64,000 bases of DNA from a virus (IMGVR_UViG_3300020582_000005), one strand, 5' to 3'. Positions 9,334 through 18,294 are shown, counted from the first letter of the stretch. Translations and numbers: made by a program. Notes: a model not told the origin generated them from the letters alone.

Positions 9334-10309
9334 CGCCGAAGAAACTTTAAACATAGTTGACTACAGTCCACTAGATGGTGCTCGTGTCTTTATTTCTGGG
9401 GCCACAGGTTTGATCGGTATGCACTTGATGACAATTTTGTACGTTCTTAAACAGCGAGGGTATAAGATAGAAGCTTTTGGACAGTATCATAACGAGCCTG
9501 CGTGGTATACTAACCAACTTGCAAAACGGGCTGGATTTAATCTCTATCACGATTCAATGCGATTTGTATCAGCCGATATTATTATTCATGCGGCTGGATA
9601 CGGTCAACCTGTCATTTTTATGCAAAATCCAGCAGATACAATCCATGTAAATACAACTATCACGGAACGATTATTAAAATCTCTCGCTCCTGGCGGTCGC
9701 TTCCTTTTTGTAAGTTCGAATGAAGTTTATCATGGTTTACAGAAAGAATTCGCTACGGAAGAAGATATCGGGAGCACTACTCCTTACCATCCACGGGCAG
9801 GTTATGTCGAAGGAAAACGAAGCGGTGAAGCCATAACTTATGCCTATCGTAAAAATGGAGTAAATGCCTCTTCTGCCCGGTTAAATTTGACTTATGGCCC
9901 AGGCGTTCGTAAGGATGATAAACGTGCTTTGAGCCAATTTATTGATCAGGCGATCACGAAGAATCATATTGAGATGAAGTTTTCAGGCAAGGAAATGAGA
10001 ACTTGTTGTTACGCCAAAGATGTCGCAACGATGCTCTGGAAGGTTGTTCTGCACGGCACTAAACCCGTCTATAACGTTGGTGAGCGCTCTACCACTAGTA
10101 TTGCTGAATTAGCTACGATTGTTGCCCGATTAACTAATTCAACTATTCACATTCCGGAAGAGGATAAAGAATTACCCGGTTCCCACGCCTTACCTAGAAT
10201 GGATATCGGTTTAATGGAAGCGGATATGGGAAAGATGAACTATACCACTTTGGAAGAAGGTCTGAAGAGAACAATTGAGTGGCAACGGAGATTATATGGA
10301 TCATTTTAA
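9311..10309 (+). CDS. NAD(P)-dependent extended-SDR epimerase/reductase (Fcl/ColC/Rmd-like)
   Basis: [15 protein letters not shown] (Rossmann fold) and a Y-x-x-x-K motif (YVEGK). It sits directly after gmd. The exact activity cannot be told from sequence alone. Confidence 0.6.
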   Translation: MLDLLIRDAEETLNIVDYSPLDGARVFISGATGLIGMHLMTILYVLKQRGYKIEAFGQYHNEPAWYTNQLAKRAGFNLYHDSMRFVSADIIIHAAGYGQPVIFMQNPADTIHVNTTITERLLKSLAPGGRFLFVSSNEVYHGLQKEFATEEDIGSTTPYHPRAGYVEGKRSGEAITYAYRKNGVNASSARLNLTYGPGVRKDDKRALSQFIDQAITKNHIEMKFSGKEMRTCCYAKDVATMLWKVVLHGTKPVYNVGERSTTSIAELATIVARLTNSTIHIPEEDKELPGSHALPRMDIGLMEADMGKMNYTTLEEGLKRTIEWQRRLYGSF

Positions 10310-10838
10310 GATTGAAGAGGAAAAGTTTAATGGACGTGTCAAGTTGATTCGTTCCACTTGCTTTGAAGATGAGCGTGGATATTTCAACATCACTTATCTC
10401 GATAATGAAATGCAAGAAATGGGACTTCCACGATTTGTTCGTGATCTTCACTCTCGGTCAATGAAAAATGTTATACGAGGTTTACACTTTCAATTTACGC
10501 CCCCAATGGCAAAATTAATGCGGGTCACTCAAGGAAGAATTTTTATGGTAGCAGTCGATGTTCACAAACAGTCCGCTACATTTTTACAGTACTATAGTCT
10601 TATTATGCAGAAGGGAGACAAACTTTTACTTTGGGGTGATTCTTATATCGCTCGTGGATTTTGTGCTTTACAGGAATCTGAAGTACAGTACAAATGTTCT
10701 AGTCATTTCGACAAAGCATCTGATGACGCAATTCTATGGAACGATCCTATGATAGGTATCGATTGGCCAGTTAAAGACCCCACTTTATCAGATAGGGATA
10801 GGCACGCCATGACTGCGAAGGAGTTTTTCCATCTATGA
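10275..10838 (+). CDS. RmlC-like cupin sugar-nucleotide 3,5-epimerase
   Basis: FEDERGYF, GLHFQ, VTQGRIFMVAVDV and WNDPMIGIDWP resemble dTDP-4-dehydrorhamnose 3,5-epimerase family enzymes. Confidence 0.7.
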   Translation: MSGNGDYMDHFKIEEEKFNGRVKLIRSTCFEDERGYFNITYLDNEMQEMGLPRFVRDLHSRSMKNVIRGLHFQFTPPMAKLMRVTQGRIFMVAVDVHKQSATFLQYYSLIMQKGDKLLLWGDSYIARGFCALQESEVQYKCSSHFDKASDDAILWNDPMIGIDWPVKDPTLSDRDRHAMTAKEFFHL

Positions 10839-11992
10839 GATCGATAACTTTAGGACATTTGAATATCAGTGAAAACGGAAAACGTTATGTTAATAATGCG
10901 TTGAATGCTAATCGTTTAAGTCGTGGTAAATTTACCGAGTCGTTTGAATTTTCTTTCGCTGAACTACATCAAGTAAAACATGCGTTATTTTGTAATAGCG
11001 GTACATCTGCGCTACAAATCGCTTTGGCGGCATTGAAAGAAGTTTACGGATATAAAGATGGGGACGAAGTCATTGTTCCAGCAACTACGTTTATCGCTAC
11101 GTCTAATATCGTCCTACAAAATAATCTTAAACCCGTGTTCGTTGATGTCAGTCCTGAAACTTATAATATCAATCCATTCAAAATTTCAAAAGCTATTACT
11201 GATAGAACACGTTGTATCATTCCTGTTCATTTGTTTGGCTTGCCAGCGGATATGCACAACATAATGATTACTGCGAAGGGTTACGGATTGCAGGTACTTG
11301 AAGATTCGTGTGAAACTATGTTTGCTACACAAAATGGTAAGTCAGTTGGAAGTTTTGGAGATTTAGCTTGTTTCTCAACTTATGTTGCTCATTTAATTGT
11401 CGGTGGAGTTGGTGGTATTGTCACTACATCGAATTCTAAATTATACGACATATGTCGCAGTTTGATGAATCATGGTCGTAGTACAGATTATATTTCAATA
11501 GATGATGATGATAACCTCCCGACGGACATTATGGATCGACGTTACGAATTTGAAAGAGTAGGCTATTCTTATAGAGCCACAGAGCTAGAAGCCGCCCTCG
11601 CTTTAGCAGAATTAGAACAACGTGAAAACAACATTATAGCACGGCGACGAAATGCCCACGAATTGACTACACTGTTGAAGGATGTTAATTGGTTGCAGTT
11701 ACCGAAAATTCCCGAAAAGATGACGCATAGTTTTATGATGTATCCTATAGTCGTTAAACCTTTTACAAAGAAACGAAATGATTTTCTTATTTATTTAGAA
11801 CGAAACGGAATTGAGACGAGATATATGTTTCCTCTGTTGAGTCAACCGATTTATCAGAAATTATTTCCACGAGAAGAGTCTAAACACTATAACGCTGTGG
11901 GATTAGCAGAACGGGGCTTTTTTATAGGAATTCACCAAGGTCTAAATGGTGATGACATGCAGTATATCGCTAAAGTGATCAAGGATTATTAA
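10835..11992 (+). CDS. DegT/DnrJ/EryC1-family PLP enzyme with His in place of the Schiff-base Lys (ColD/E1-like putative sugar 3-dehydratase)
   Basis: Aminotransferase class-V-like fold. The segment CFSTYVAHLIVGGVGG aligns by eye to the SF-x4-K-x4-GEGG motif (ArnB FSFHAIKNITCAEGG), with H at the Lys position. Confidence 0.7.
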   Translation: MRSITLGHLNISENGKRYVNNALNANRLSRGKFTESFEFSFAELHQVKHALFCNSGTSALQIALAALKEVYGYKDGDEVIVPATTFIATSNIVLQNNLKPVFVDVSPETYNINPFKISKAITDRTRCIIPVHLFGLPADMHNIMITAKGYGLQVLEDSCETMFATQNGKSVGSFGDLACFSTYVAHLIVGGVGGIVTTSNSKLYDICRSLMNHGRSTDYISIDDDDNLPTDIMDRRYEFERVGYSYRATELEAALALAELEQRENNIIARRRNAHELTTLLKDVNWLQLPKIPEKMTHSFMMYPIVVKPFTKKRNDFLIYLERNGIETRYMFPLLSQPIYQKLFPREESKHYNAVGLAERGFFIGIHQGLNGDDMQYIAKVIKDY

Positions 11993-11998
11993 AGCAAA

Positions 11999-12649
11999 AT
12001 GACGATTCAAGAAATAAGACGTGATGTAATCATTAGTATTTTAAAGGATGTAAAGTTTCCGGTTATCGTGGAAGCCGGAGCCTGTCACGGTGAAGATAGC
12101 CAAATGTTAACTTATGCAGCTACTTATCCCGAGAATATTATCCACGTAATGATCGAACCCGATCCCGAGAACTGTGAAGTTATTCGACGAACCGCACTAG
12201 ACATTCCAGGCAGACGCTTGATTGAAGGCGCAGTAGCCAAATATTCTGGTTTTAGAAAGTTTAATCGTGCAATTGAAATAAAAACTGGTTATCGATTTTG
12301 TGGATCGTTATTAGAACCACGGAAAGATGCATTTCGGCAGATGAACTTCGATGAGGTGATTGAAGTTCAATGCTACACTCTCGATGAGATTTTTCAGCAA
12401 CAGGGCTTAACTCACGTCGATTTACTGTGGGCCGACGTTCAAGGCGGGGAAAGAGGAATGCTTGAAGGCGGCGAAGCGGCCCTTTCTAAAACTCGTTACT
12501 TGTTTATGGAAGTCGTTAAAGAAGAACAATATGTAGGAGAAGCTCTTAAAGAAGAATTAGTTTCCTTATTAGAACAAAGAGGCTGGTCAATCGTAATCGA
12601 TTTCGACACTATTGGCGATGTTCTGATGAAAAATGAGAGGTATCAATGA
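11999..12649 (+). CDS. FkbM-family methyltransferase
   Basis: IVEAGACHGEDS is a glycine-rich SAM motif. The protein is the size of FkbM-domain proteins and lies in the sugar locus. Confidence 0.5.
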   Translation: MTIQEIRRDVIISILKDVKFPVIVEAGACHGEDSQMLTYAATYPENIIHVMIEPDPENCEVIRRTALDIPGRRLIEGAVAKYSGFRKFNRAIEIKTGYRFCGSLLEPRKDAFRQMNFDEVIEVQCYTLDEIFQQQGLTHVDLLWADVQGGERGMLEGGEAALSKTRYLFMEVVKEEQYVGEALKEELVSLLEQRGWSIVIDFDTIGDVLMKNERYQ

Positions 12650-13350
12650 GAGTTTTAATAGCGATTATTTCTTTTCAGGGAGACGCTGAAAACGGGAATC
12701 ACGATAAGATTCGGCAAACTTGGGGGAAAGACGTTGCTATAACCGGTGCCGATCTACGCTTTTTCCTTGGGCGACGTGATAAGTTTTATAAGCCAAAAGC
12801 TGATGAAACATCGATTCCTTGGCAAGAGGACGGAACTAGGAAGTGTCAGCACCCTTATTGGACAGCCGTAGCAGGCTGCTGCGTCGAATACTGGCAAGTC
12901 CTTTATAGAGGAATTCTTGATTGGTCGCTACGTAACGGATACGATTACACGTTTCTCGCTGAAAATGACACTTTCTTGATACCACGGAAGTTGATGAAAA
13001 GTGGTTTTGAAAACTACGATTTTTCTGGCTGGATGATGTATACCCACTCAGATAAGCCTGATCAATATTACGTTGAACCCGGTGCTGGATATTTTCTTTC
13101 ACGACGAGCCTCTGAAGCTATTCTGAAAACAACTCCGGATCATTTGCATTTTGAAAATCTTGCTTGCGACGTTTTAAAGCCGATGCAGGAACGTGGGGAA
13201 ATGACAATTAAGTCTCTAGATCATTTTTGGAACGAGACTTCGTGGCACTATAGAGCGCAAGGAATTATAGACCCGGTGATTAGAGACGGCTATCCGGTAG
13301 GCTCTCGTTGGATGTTCGATATGTATCGGCAGCACGGAGCAGATCAATGA
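12646..13350 (+). CDS. Fringe-like glycosyltransferase, paralog 2
   Basis: HDKIRQTWGK, YDYTFLAENDTFLIP, YDFSGW, AGYFLSRRASE, WHY. Confidence 0.55.
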   Translation: MRVLIAIISFQGDAENGNHDKIRQTWGKDVAITGADLRFFLGRRDKFYKPKADETSIPWQEDGTRKCQHPYWTAVAGCCVEYWQVLYRGILDWSLRNGYDYTFLAENDTFLIPRKLMKSGFENYDFSGWMMYTHSDKPDQYYVEPGAGYFLSRRASEAILKTTPDHLHFENLACDVLKPMQERGEMTIKSLDHFWNETSWHYRAQGIIDPVIRDGYPVGSRWMFDMYRQHGADQ

Positions 13351-14048
13351 GAATTCTAGTGGCTGTTTATTCTCATTCCGGAGATTCCGTCAATGGAAAC
13401 CATCAAAAAATTCGAAATACCTGGGGTAAACATGTAGCGCCTTGGGATGTTCGCTTTATGATTGGGCACCGAGACGCCCCAGGCTGGCATATCCAGAACG
13501 ATGAAGTGCTTTTACCTGAACGAGCCAATCGTGCTTGCGGAAATGACTGGTTACTTTGGAATCTTTATTATCAAGAATTAACTATTGAGATGCTTCGGTG
13601 GTCTTTAGAACAAGGTTACGATTTCACGTTTCTTTGCTGCAATGACACGTTCATTATCCCTAGTAAACTGAAAGCGACAGACTTCGAAAAATATGATTAC
13701 TCGGGGATTTTTTATCCTCTTAGTCAGTTAGGAGAAACTTTTTACGAGCCTTTCTATAAGCGGCAGGCTTATGTAGCAGCGGACGCAGGCACGGGCTGGT
13801 TTATGAGTCGTAAAGCATCGGAAATAGTTCTTAACAGTACTCAGGGTGAGTATTTCGGCACTAGTGATCAATATACAGGACAAGTTTTGGGACCGTATAT
13901 TAAGTCTGGAACAATTACTGCAAAGAATCTAGATAATTTTCATCACGTAGCCGCTTGGCATTACCGGGAAGAAGAGAATGCTTTATCAACTGGATATTCT
14001 ATCGGTTCCACTTGGATGCATCAAATGTATCAGAAATACGGGGGATAG
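13308..14048 (+). CDS. Fringe-like glycosyltransferase, paralog 3
   Basis: HQKIRNTWGK, YDFTFLCCNDTFIIP, YDYSG, GWFMSRKASE, WHY. Confidence 0.55.
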   Translation: MDVRYVSAARSRSMRILVAVYSHSGDSVNGNHQKIRNTWGKHVAPWDVRFMIGHRDAPGWHIQNDEVLLPERANRACGNDWLLWNLYYQELTIEMLRWSLEQGYDFTFLCCNDTFIIPSKLKATDFEKYDYSGIFYPLSQLGETFYEPFYKRQAYVAADAGTGWFMSRKASEIVLNSTQGEYFGTSDQYTGQVLGPYIKSGTITAKNLDNFHHVAAWHYREEENALSTGYSIGSTWMHQMYQKYGG

Positions 14049-14909
14049 ATGGAAAATAAAACTTACAAACCTGTCATCTACGCTAACCACGAGTTGAATG
14101 TTCCTGAATTGAATTGGAGAGCATCGATTTCGGTAGACTACTTCAATTTTGAAGATCGAACGCCGTACAAAATATTTTGGCAGTTAGAGCCTGAAGACAT
14201 CACTCCAACGGAAAAGAAACTCATCAAGAATCACCAATTCTACGATCTCATTTTGACTTACAATAATACTGTACTAAGTGAATGCTCTAATGCTGTTTTC
14301 TTTTTGAACAATGGAGTTTGGACCCACGAAAGTGATGTATCACAGAAAAAATTTGCCGTTTCCTTTTTGACCAGTGCAAAGACGATGTGTCCTGGGCATA
14401 AATTCCGTGTCATGACTTTTAAGAAATTACAACAGTATTTAGAGGGAAGTAATTCTGCCCTACCTTGTCCTTTAACGATGCACATGTCCCCTCCTTATCT
14501 ACCCGACAAGCGGAGTATGCTAATACCATTTCAATATGCAATTTCAATTCAAAATTCTCAGATGCATAACTACTTCTCGGAAATTCTTTTAGATTGTTTT
14601 GCTACTAAGACGATTCCTATTTTCTGGGGAAGCGCCAATGTCGGAGAATTTTTTAATCCAGACGGCATTTTGTCTTTTGGTAATCCTTACGATCCTAGAG
14701 CTAGGACAACCTTGAATGATGTTTTGTTGTCCTTGACACCTGATTTTTATCATTCACCTAAGGTCCAGGCAGCGATAGAAGAAAATTATCTGAAGTCTCT
14801 TACATACTCAGATAGGATAGGCCGTTTGGTTAACGCTATCACAGATTCGTGGACTCCGAAGATAACTAAAATTCATAGTGGAGAACCAAATGTCGCTCCC
14901 AACAGTTAG
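14049..14909 (+). CDS. GT10 alpha-1,3/4-fucosyltransferase-like
   Basis: The C-terminal block YQYAISIQNSQMHNYFSEILLDCFATKTIPIFWGSANVGEFFNP matches the GT10 motif (Y.F.L.FENS...YVTEK......IP.YWGS....FNP). Confidence 0.7.
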   Translation: MENKTYKPVIYANHELNVPELNWRASISVDYFNFEDRTPYKIFWQLEPEDITPTEKKLIKNHQFYDLILTYNNTVLSECSNAVFFLNNGVWTHESDVSQKKFAVSFLTSAKTMCPGHKFRVMTFKKLQQYLEGSNSALPCPLTMHMSPPYLPDKRSMLIPFQYAISIQNSQMHNYFSEILLDCFATKTIPIFWGSANVGEFFNPDGILSFGNPYDPRARTTLNDVLLSLTPDFYHSPKVQAAIEENYLKSLTYSDRIGRLVNAITDSWTPKITKIHSGEPNVAPNS

Positions 14910-15681
14910 CCTAGTTTGTCCAACATATAATCGTCAACAATTTCTTCCTGTGGCTATACGTAGTTTTTTACAGCAGACATATCGACCTCTTGAACTGATT
15001 TTTGTTGATGATAGTGGTGATTTATCATGGACTCAAAATTTAGATATTCCATTTGTTTATGTCCGTCTGAGTAAACGTACACCGACAGGCACAAAAAGAA
15101 ACATGGGTGCCGATTTAGCCACAGGTGATATAATCGCTAATTGGGATGATGACGACTGGAGTATGGCTCATAGAATTCAAACTCAAGTCATGCACTTAGA
15201 AAATTCTCAGAAAGCCGTCACAGGATACAACGTGACAATATGTTATGATGAAAAGACACGGGGTTTTTATAGGAATCAAGGCGGTCCTCCTTATTTCGCA
15301 TCCGGAACGTCCCAGATGTACTGGAAAAGTTGGTGGCGTGAGCACCCGTATCCAGATGTAACTTTTGGCGAGGATAGCGTTTTCTCTAGAACAGCACGGC
15401 TTAAGGATCAATTAGCTATTTTTAGTCCAGGGAAAATGCTTGTCGCTAGAAAGCATCAAGCTAACACCGATAAAGTACCGCTTAAGTGGCTTAAAAACGT
15501 AGATTCGAGGGAAATTCATACCGACTTTTTCCGGGCGCTGGAAAGTCCGTCGTTTTCAGATACTTACTTGAAAGAAAAACACGTTTGTTATCAAGAGTGT
15601 CACGAGGAACTTGAACGAGATTTCGCTGGACAAATGATAGACTATCGTGTAAACTGGACTCCGGAGATTAAAACCCGATGA
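14878..15681 (+). CDS. glycosyltransferase family 2
   Basis: LSLVCPTYNRQQFLPVAIRSFLQQTY...LIFVDDSGD and a later DDDD motif. Confidence 0.8.
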   Translation: MENQMSLPTVSLVCPTYNRQQFLPVAIRSFLQQTYRPLELIFVDDSGDLSWTQNLDIPFVYVRLSKRTPTGTKRNMGADLATGDIIANWDDDDWSMAHRIQTQVMHLENSQKAVTGYNVTICYDEKTRGFYRNQGGPPYFASGTSQMYWKSWWREHPYPDVTFGEDSVFSRTARLKDQLAIFSPGKMLVARKHQANTDKVPLKWLKNVDSREIHTDFFRALESPSFSDTYLKEKHVCYQECHEELERDFAGQMIDYRVNWTPEIKTR

Positions 15682-16337
15682 AGATATTGGCTGCTGTTGA
15701 GTCTTGTCAGGCAAATCGACATTTGCATCAAGCTATGCTCGATACGTGGCTTGGTACTTTATCCACTATGGATATAGACTGTCGTTTCTTTATCGGCGGT
15801 TTGAGTGAGCCTGAAAATCACCTTGAGGTATGGGTTCCTTGTTTAGATACATATGATAATCTAGCCGTTAAAACGAGAGGAATTTGTAGATGGGCTGCTA
15901 CCAATAATTATGATTTTCTTTTCAAGTGTGATACTGATACCGTTGTTAATCCGAAGCGTCTTTTAGAAAGTGGATTCGAACAATATGATTATATGGGCGC
16001 TGAAAATTGTGATAATCTTCCGCCTAGTTTAAATGCGGCTTTTCCTGAATGCGTCGGAGGAAAAATTTCGTTTGCGAGTGGCGGTGCAGGCTATTGGTTA
16101 AGTCGAGATGCTATGTCCTACGTAGCGAATGGACCACTCGCATCATTTCCAGAAGATGTATATGTTTCTGGGGTATTAGGCGATAACTACATTTATCCGG
16201 TATGGCACAAGGGGTACCGCTGGCGACCAGGATCGAAGATTAAAGGCGCAACAACTTTCCATTTATCTAGTGCATTGCAGGTGAAATACCGCCCTGAGTT
16301 GATGTACGAATATTATAAGAAAATACTTGACAAATAA
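15678..16337 (+). CDS. Fringe-like glycosyltransferase, paralog 4
   Basis: YDFLFKCDTDTVVNP, YDYMG and GGAGYWLSRDA are shared with the other three paralogs. Confidence 0.55.
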   Translation: MKILAAVESCQANRHLHQAMLDTWLGTLSTMDIDCRFFIGGLSEPENHLEVWVPCLDTYDNLAVKTRGICRWAATNNYDFLFKCDTDTVVNPKRLLESGFEQYDYMGAENCDNLPPSLNAAFPECVGGKISFASGGAGYWLSRDAMSYVANGPLASFPEDVYVSGVLGDNYIYPVWHKGYRWRPGSKIKGATTFHLSSALQVKYRPELMYEYYKKILDK

Positions 16338-16355
16338 ACTTAAGTTTGCTATTCT
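16327..16355 (+). promoter_or_regulatory. sigma70-like promoter, TTGACA(16327-16332)-17 nt-TATTCT(16350-16355)
   Basis: One of three near-identical promoter copies. It is followed by the RBS AGTGAGG and the ATG at 16373. Confidence 0.6.
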
Positions 16356-16372
16356 AGGAAAGTGAGGTTGAA

Positions 16373-16642
16373 ATGGATTACGGACAGTTTCTTGAAGCCT
16401 TGAGTAAAACCACTGGTTGGTTTCTAGAAAAAGATGGGGCTATTAGACGTGGAGAGGGACCGATAATTGGTAATTTAGGTAGCGGTAAGGAGTGTCCGCT
16501 AATGGCTGTTTTCACTGATGGTACTACTTATGATCAACCTTACTCTAGAGAAGTTTGGCACGCTGCTGATAATTGGCCTGGAAATGATAGTCGTAGTCAA
16601 ATTCGTCACGACCTTCTGAAAGCCTGCCACTTGGAGTCGTGA
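16373..16642 (+). CDS. hypothetical protein
   Basis: 89-aa ORF downstream of the promoter and RBS. Confidence 0.5.
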   Translation: MDYGQFLEALSKTTGWFLEKDGAIRRGEGPIIGNLGSGKECPLMAVFTDGTTYDQPYSREVWHAADNWPGNDSRSQIRHDLLKACHLES

Positions 16643-16812
16643 TGGCTAAACTGACAGTTAATTTAAAAGATGTCACTGTCTCGGATATGCGTCGAAATTT
16701 GGCTCGTGTTTTGTCGAAGATGGACGGCACTCTGATGGTTGAGCACGCTTCTTTTTCAGTGGAAATTTTGTTTCCGAAACGAAAACTTCCGAATTTTCCT
16801 AAGGGTGACTAA
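16642..16812 (+). CDS. small hypothetical protein (56 aa)
   Basis: ATG 16642 MAKLTVNLKDVTVSDMRRNLARVLSKMDG.... It ends in TAATG, which overlaps the next start, and is preceded by AGGTGA. Not in the ORF track because it is under 60 aa. Confidence 0.35.
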   Translation: MAKLTVNLKDVTVSDMRRNLARVLSKMDGTLMVEHASFSVEILFPKRKLPNFPKGD

Positions 16813-16988
16813 TGCACATTTTTCATAAATGGGCGAAGTGGGTAACAATTGAAACCCAACGATTCGGTGCTCGCTATCCTTGGACTGCTCCAGGGAAGTA
16901 TGCGTCAATTGGCACCGTAGAAACTCAAAGACGTGTTTGTGAAATTTGTGGCGAAGTTCAATTTAAAACAGTGGAAAGTTCAATTTAG
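16812..16988 (+). CDS. small hypothetical protein (58 aa) with CxxC
   Basis: ATG at 16812, coupled to the previous stop. Contains VCEICGEV. Confidence 0.35.
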   Translation: MHIFHKWAKWVTIETQRFGARYPWTAPGKYASIGTVETQRRVCEICGEVQFKTVESSI

Positions 16989-16995
16989 GTGACTA

Positions 16996-17334
16996 ATGGA
17001 AATTACCCCAGGACAGCGTTTAGATTTATTGTCAGAAATTAAAACCCTTCTTCCTGACGCTGAATTTTCTGTGGAAGAATCTTTTAGGGGGAAAGATATC
17101 GTTTTTCAATCTGTCTGTAGTTGTTATTCTGAGTATACAACTGAGCCATGTTCTTTTGAAGTATGTATCAGCGGAACATTACCTACATCACAGGAAGATC
17201 AATACACGTTAAATCAAGCCGTTCAATCAAAAGTTAGCCGGTGGGTTGAATGTTCTTTAACGTGGTCTGGATGTGAATGTTGTGATGATGAAATTTCGGT
17301 TTGGACTCGTGTTTATCAAAAGAAGGTAAAATGA
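16996..17334 (+). CDS. hypothetical Cys-rich protein
   Basis: 112 aa, preceded by the second AGGTGACTAATG junction. Confidence 0.45.
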   Translation: MEITPGQRLDLLSEIKTLLPDAEFSVEESFRGKDIVFQSVCSCYSEYTTEPCSFEVCISGTLPTSQEDQYTLNQAVQSKVSRWVECSLTWSGCECCDDEISVWTRVYQKKVK

Positions 17335-17504
17335 AAGACGAACGTACTGGACAGAAAAAGCCGTCTTATCAAAGAAAGAATCCTCGCTCGCATGATTTGT
17401 ATGTAGAGCGAAAGCAAGCTCGTAATCAGGCTCGACCGAAGCAACAATTTCTTGGTGTTAATATTCAAACTGGACTAGGATTAGGGTGGACACGCAATGG
17501 CTAA
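17301..17504 (+). CDS. hypothetical basic protein
   Basis: 67 aa, K/R/Q-rich. Confidence 0.35.
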   Translation: MDSCLSKEGKMKDERTGQKKPSYQRKNPRSHDLYVERKQARNQARPKQQFLGVNIQTGLGLGWTRNG

Positions 17505-17724
17505 AATTGGAAATGTTAATTTGATTCTTGTTGGCGATCAACCTGTATTTACCCTTAAGCCGGGTACACTCGTAAAGTATCAGGAACAATTCTGTATTCG
17601 TAATTGGGCGGGGATGGGCACTCTCGACGGTCAATTGTGGTGGAATAATGAAACTATTGAGAGACTTAAAATGTGCGCTGAAGTTCTGCCGTTTGGTGCC
17701 ACGGTAGAAGTGATTCAGAAATGA
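17497..17724 (+). CDS. hypothetical protein
   Basis: 75 aa, overlapping the neighbouring stop and start. Confidence 0.45.
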   Translation: MAKIGNVNLILVGDQPVFTLKPGTLVKYQEQFCIRNWAGMGTLDGQLWWNNETIERLKMCAEVLPFGATVEVIQK

Positions 17725-18032
17725 GATTGATTAATAAAGATTTGGAGCGAGCCTTTCGTAAATTTAACAAAGATTATTTTAACGATGAGCTTCCCCCTGT
17801 CCTAATTAAATTCGATACTGACAAAGAATTAGATTCGGAGACTTACGGAGAGTTTACCGTTGATGGAGAAATTCTAATCAACGAATCTCTCCGAGAAATT
17901 CCAGAATACTGCTTCATAGTCGTTCTGCACGAAATGTCTCATGTAAAGCATCCTATGAATAGCCACGGGATTGCTCATAAAGCAGTTCTCTACGATCTGT
18001 TTATGCAGGGGGCATATGATCCATATCTTTAA
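17721..18032 (+). CDS. SprT-like zinc metallopeptidase
   Basis: The sequence YGEF...INESL...VLHEMSHVKH carries an HExxH in SprT-domain context. Confidence 0.6.
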   Translation: MRLINKDLERAFRKFNKDYFNDELPPVLIKFDTDKELDSETYGEFTVDGEILINESLREIPEYCFIVVLHEMSHVKHPMNSHGIAHKAVLYDLFMQGAYDPYL

Positions 18033-18294
18033 ACTTTTGTTTGCATTTTTGATAGTTCTATTCTGGATTCTTTTTGTGGTAGCTTTAAGTGCCACGCCAG
18101 TTAGGACATTGACTCTTCCTCTCGATTGCCGTAAATCTAGCATTCAAGCTGGCGTCCCTGTCCGAAGAAACAGTGACGGTCGAATCACCAAGGTGGATGT
18201 TTGCGGAGCCGCAGATTCTGGAGACGATACATTTCGAGATATTCCTTATCAGGCACAGTGTGAACAATTCGATACAGGGCAAATTTGCCGATGA
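18016..18294 (+). CDS. possible small secreted/membrane Cys-rich protein
   Basis: MIHIFKLLFAFLIVLFWILFVVALSA (signal/TM) followed by a Cys-containing tail. It fills the 250-nt gap before the NADAR gene. The start is uncertain. Confidence 0.3.
   Translation: MIHIFKLLFAFLIVLFWILFVVALSATPVRTLTLPLDCRKSSIQAGVPVRRNSDGRITKVDVCGAADSGDDTFRDIPYQAQCEQFDTGQICR

Noticed and set aside
16642-16812. Phd/YefM-type antitoxin assignment for the 56-aa ORF
   Set aside because: The resemblance (V.VS..R.NL...L) is too weak, and no partner toxin lies adjacent. Kept as a hypothetical small protein.
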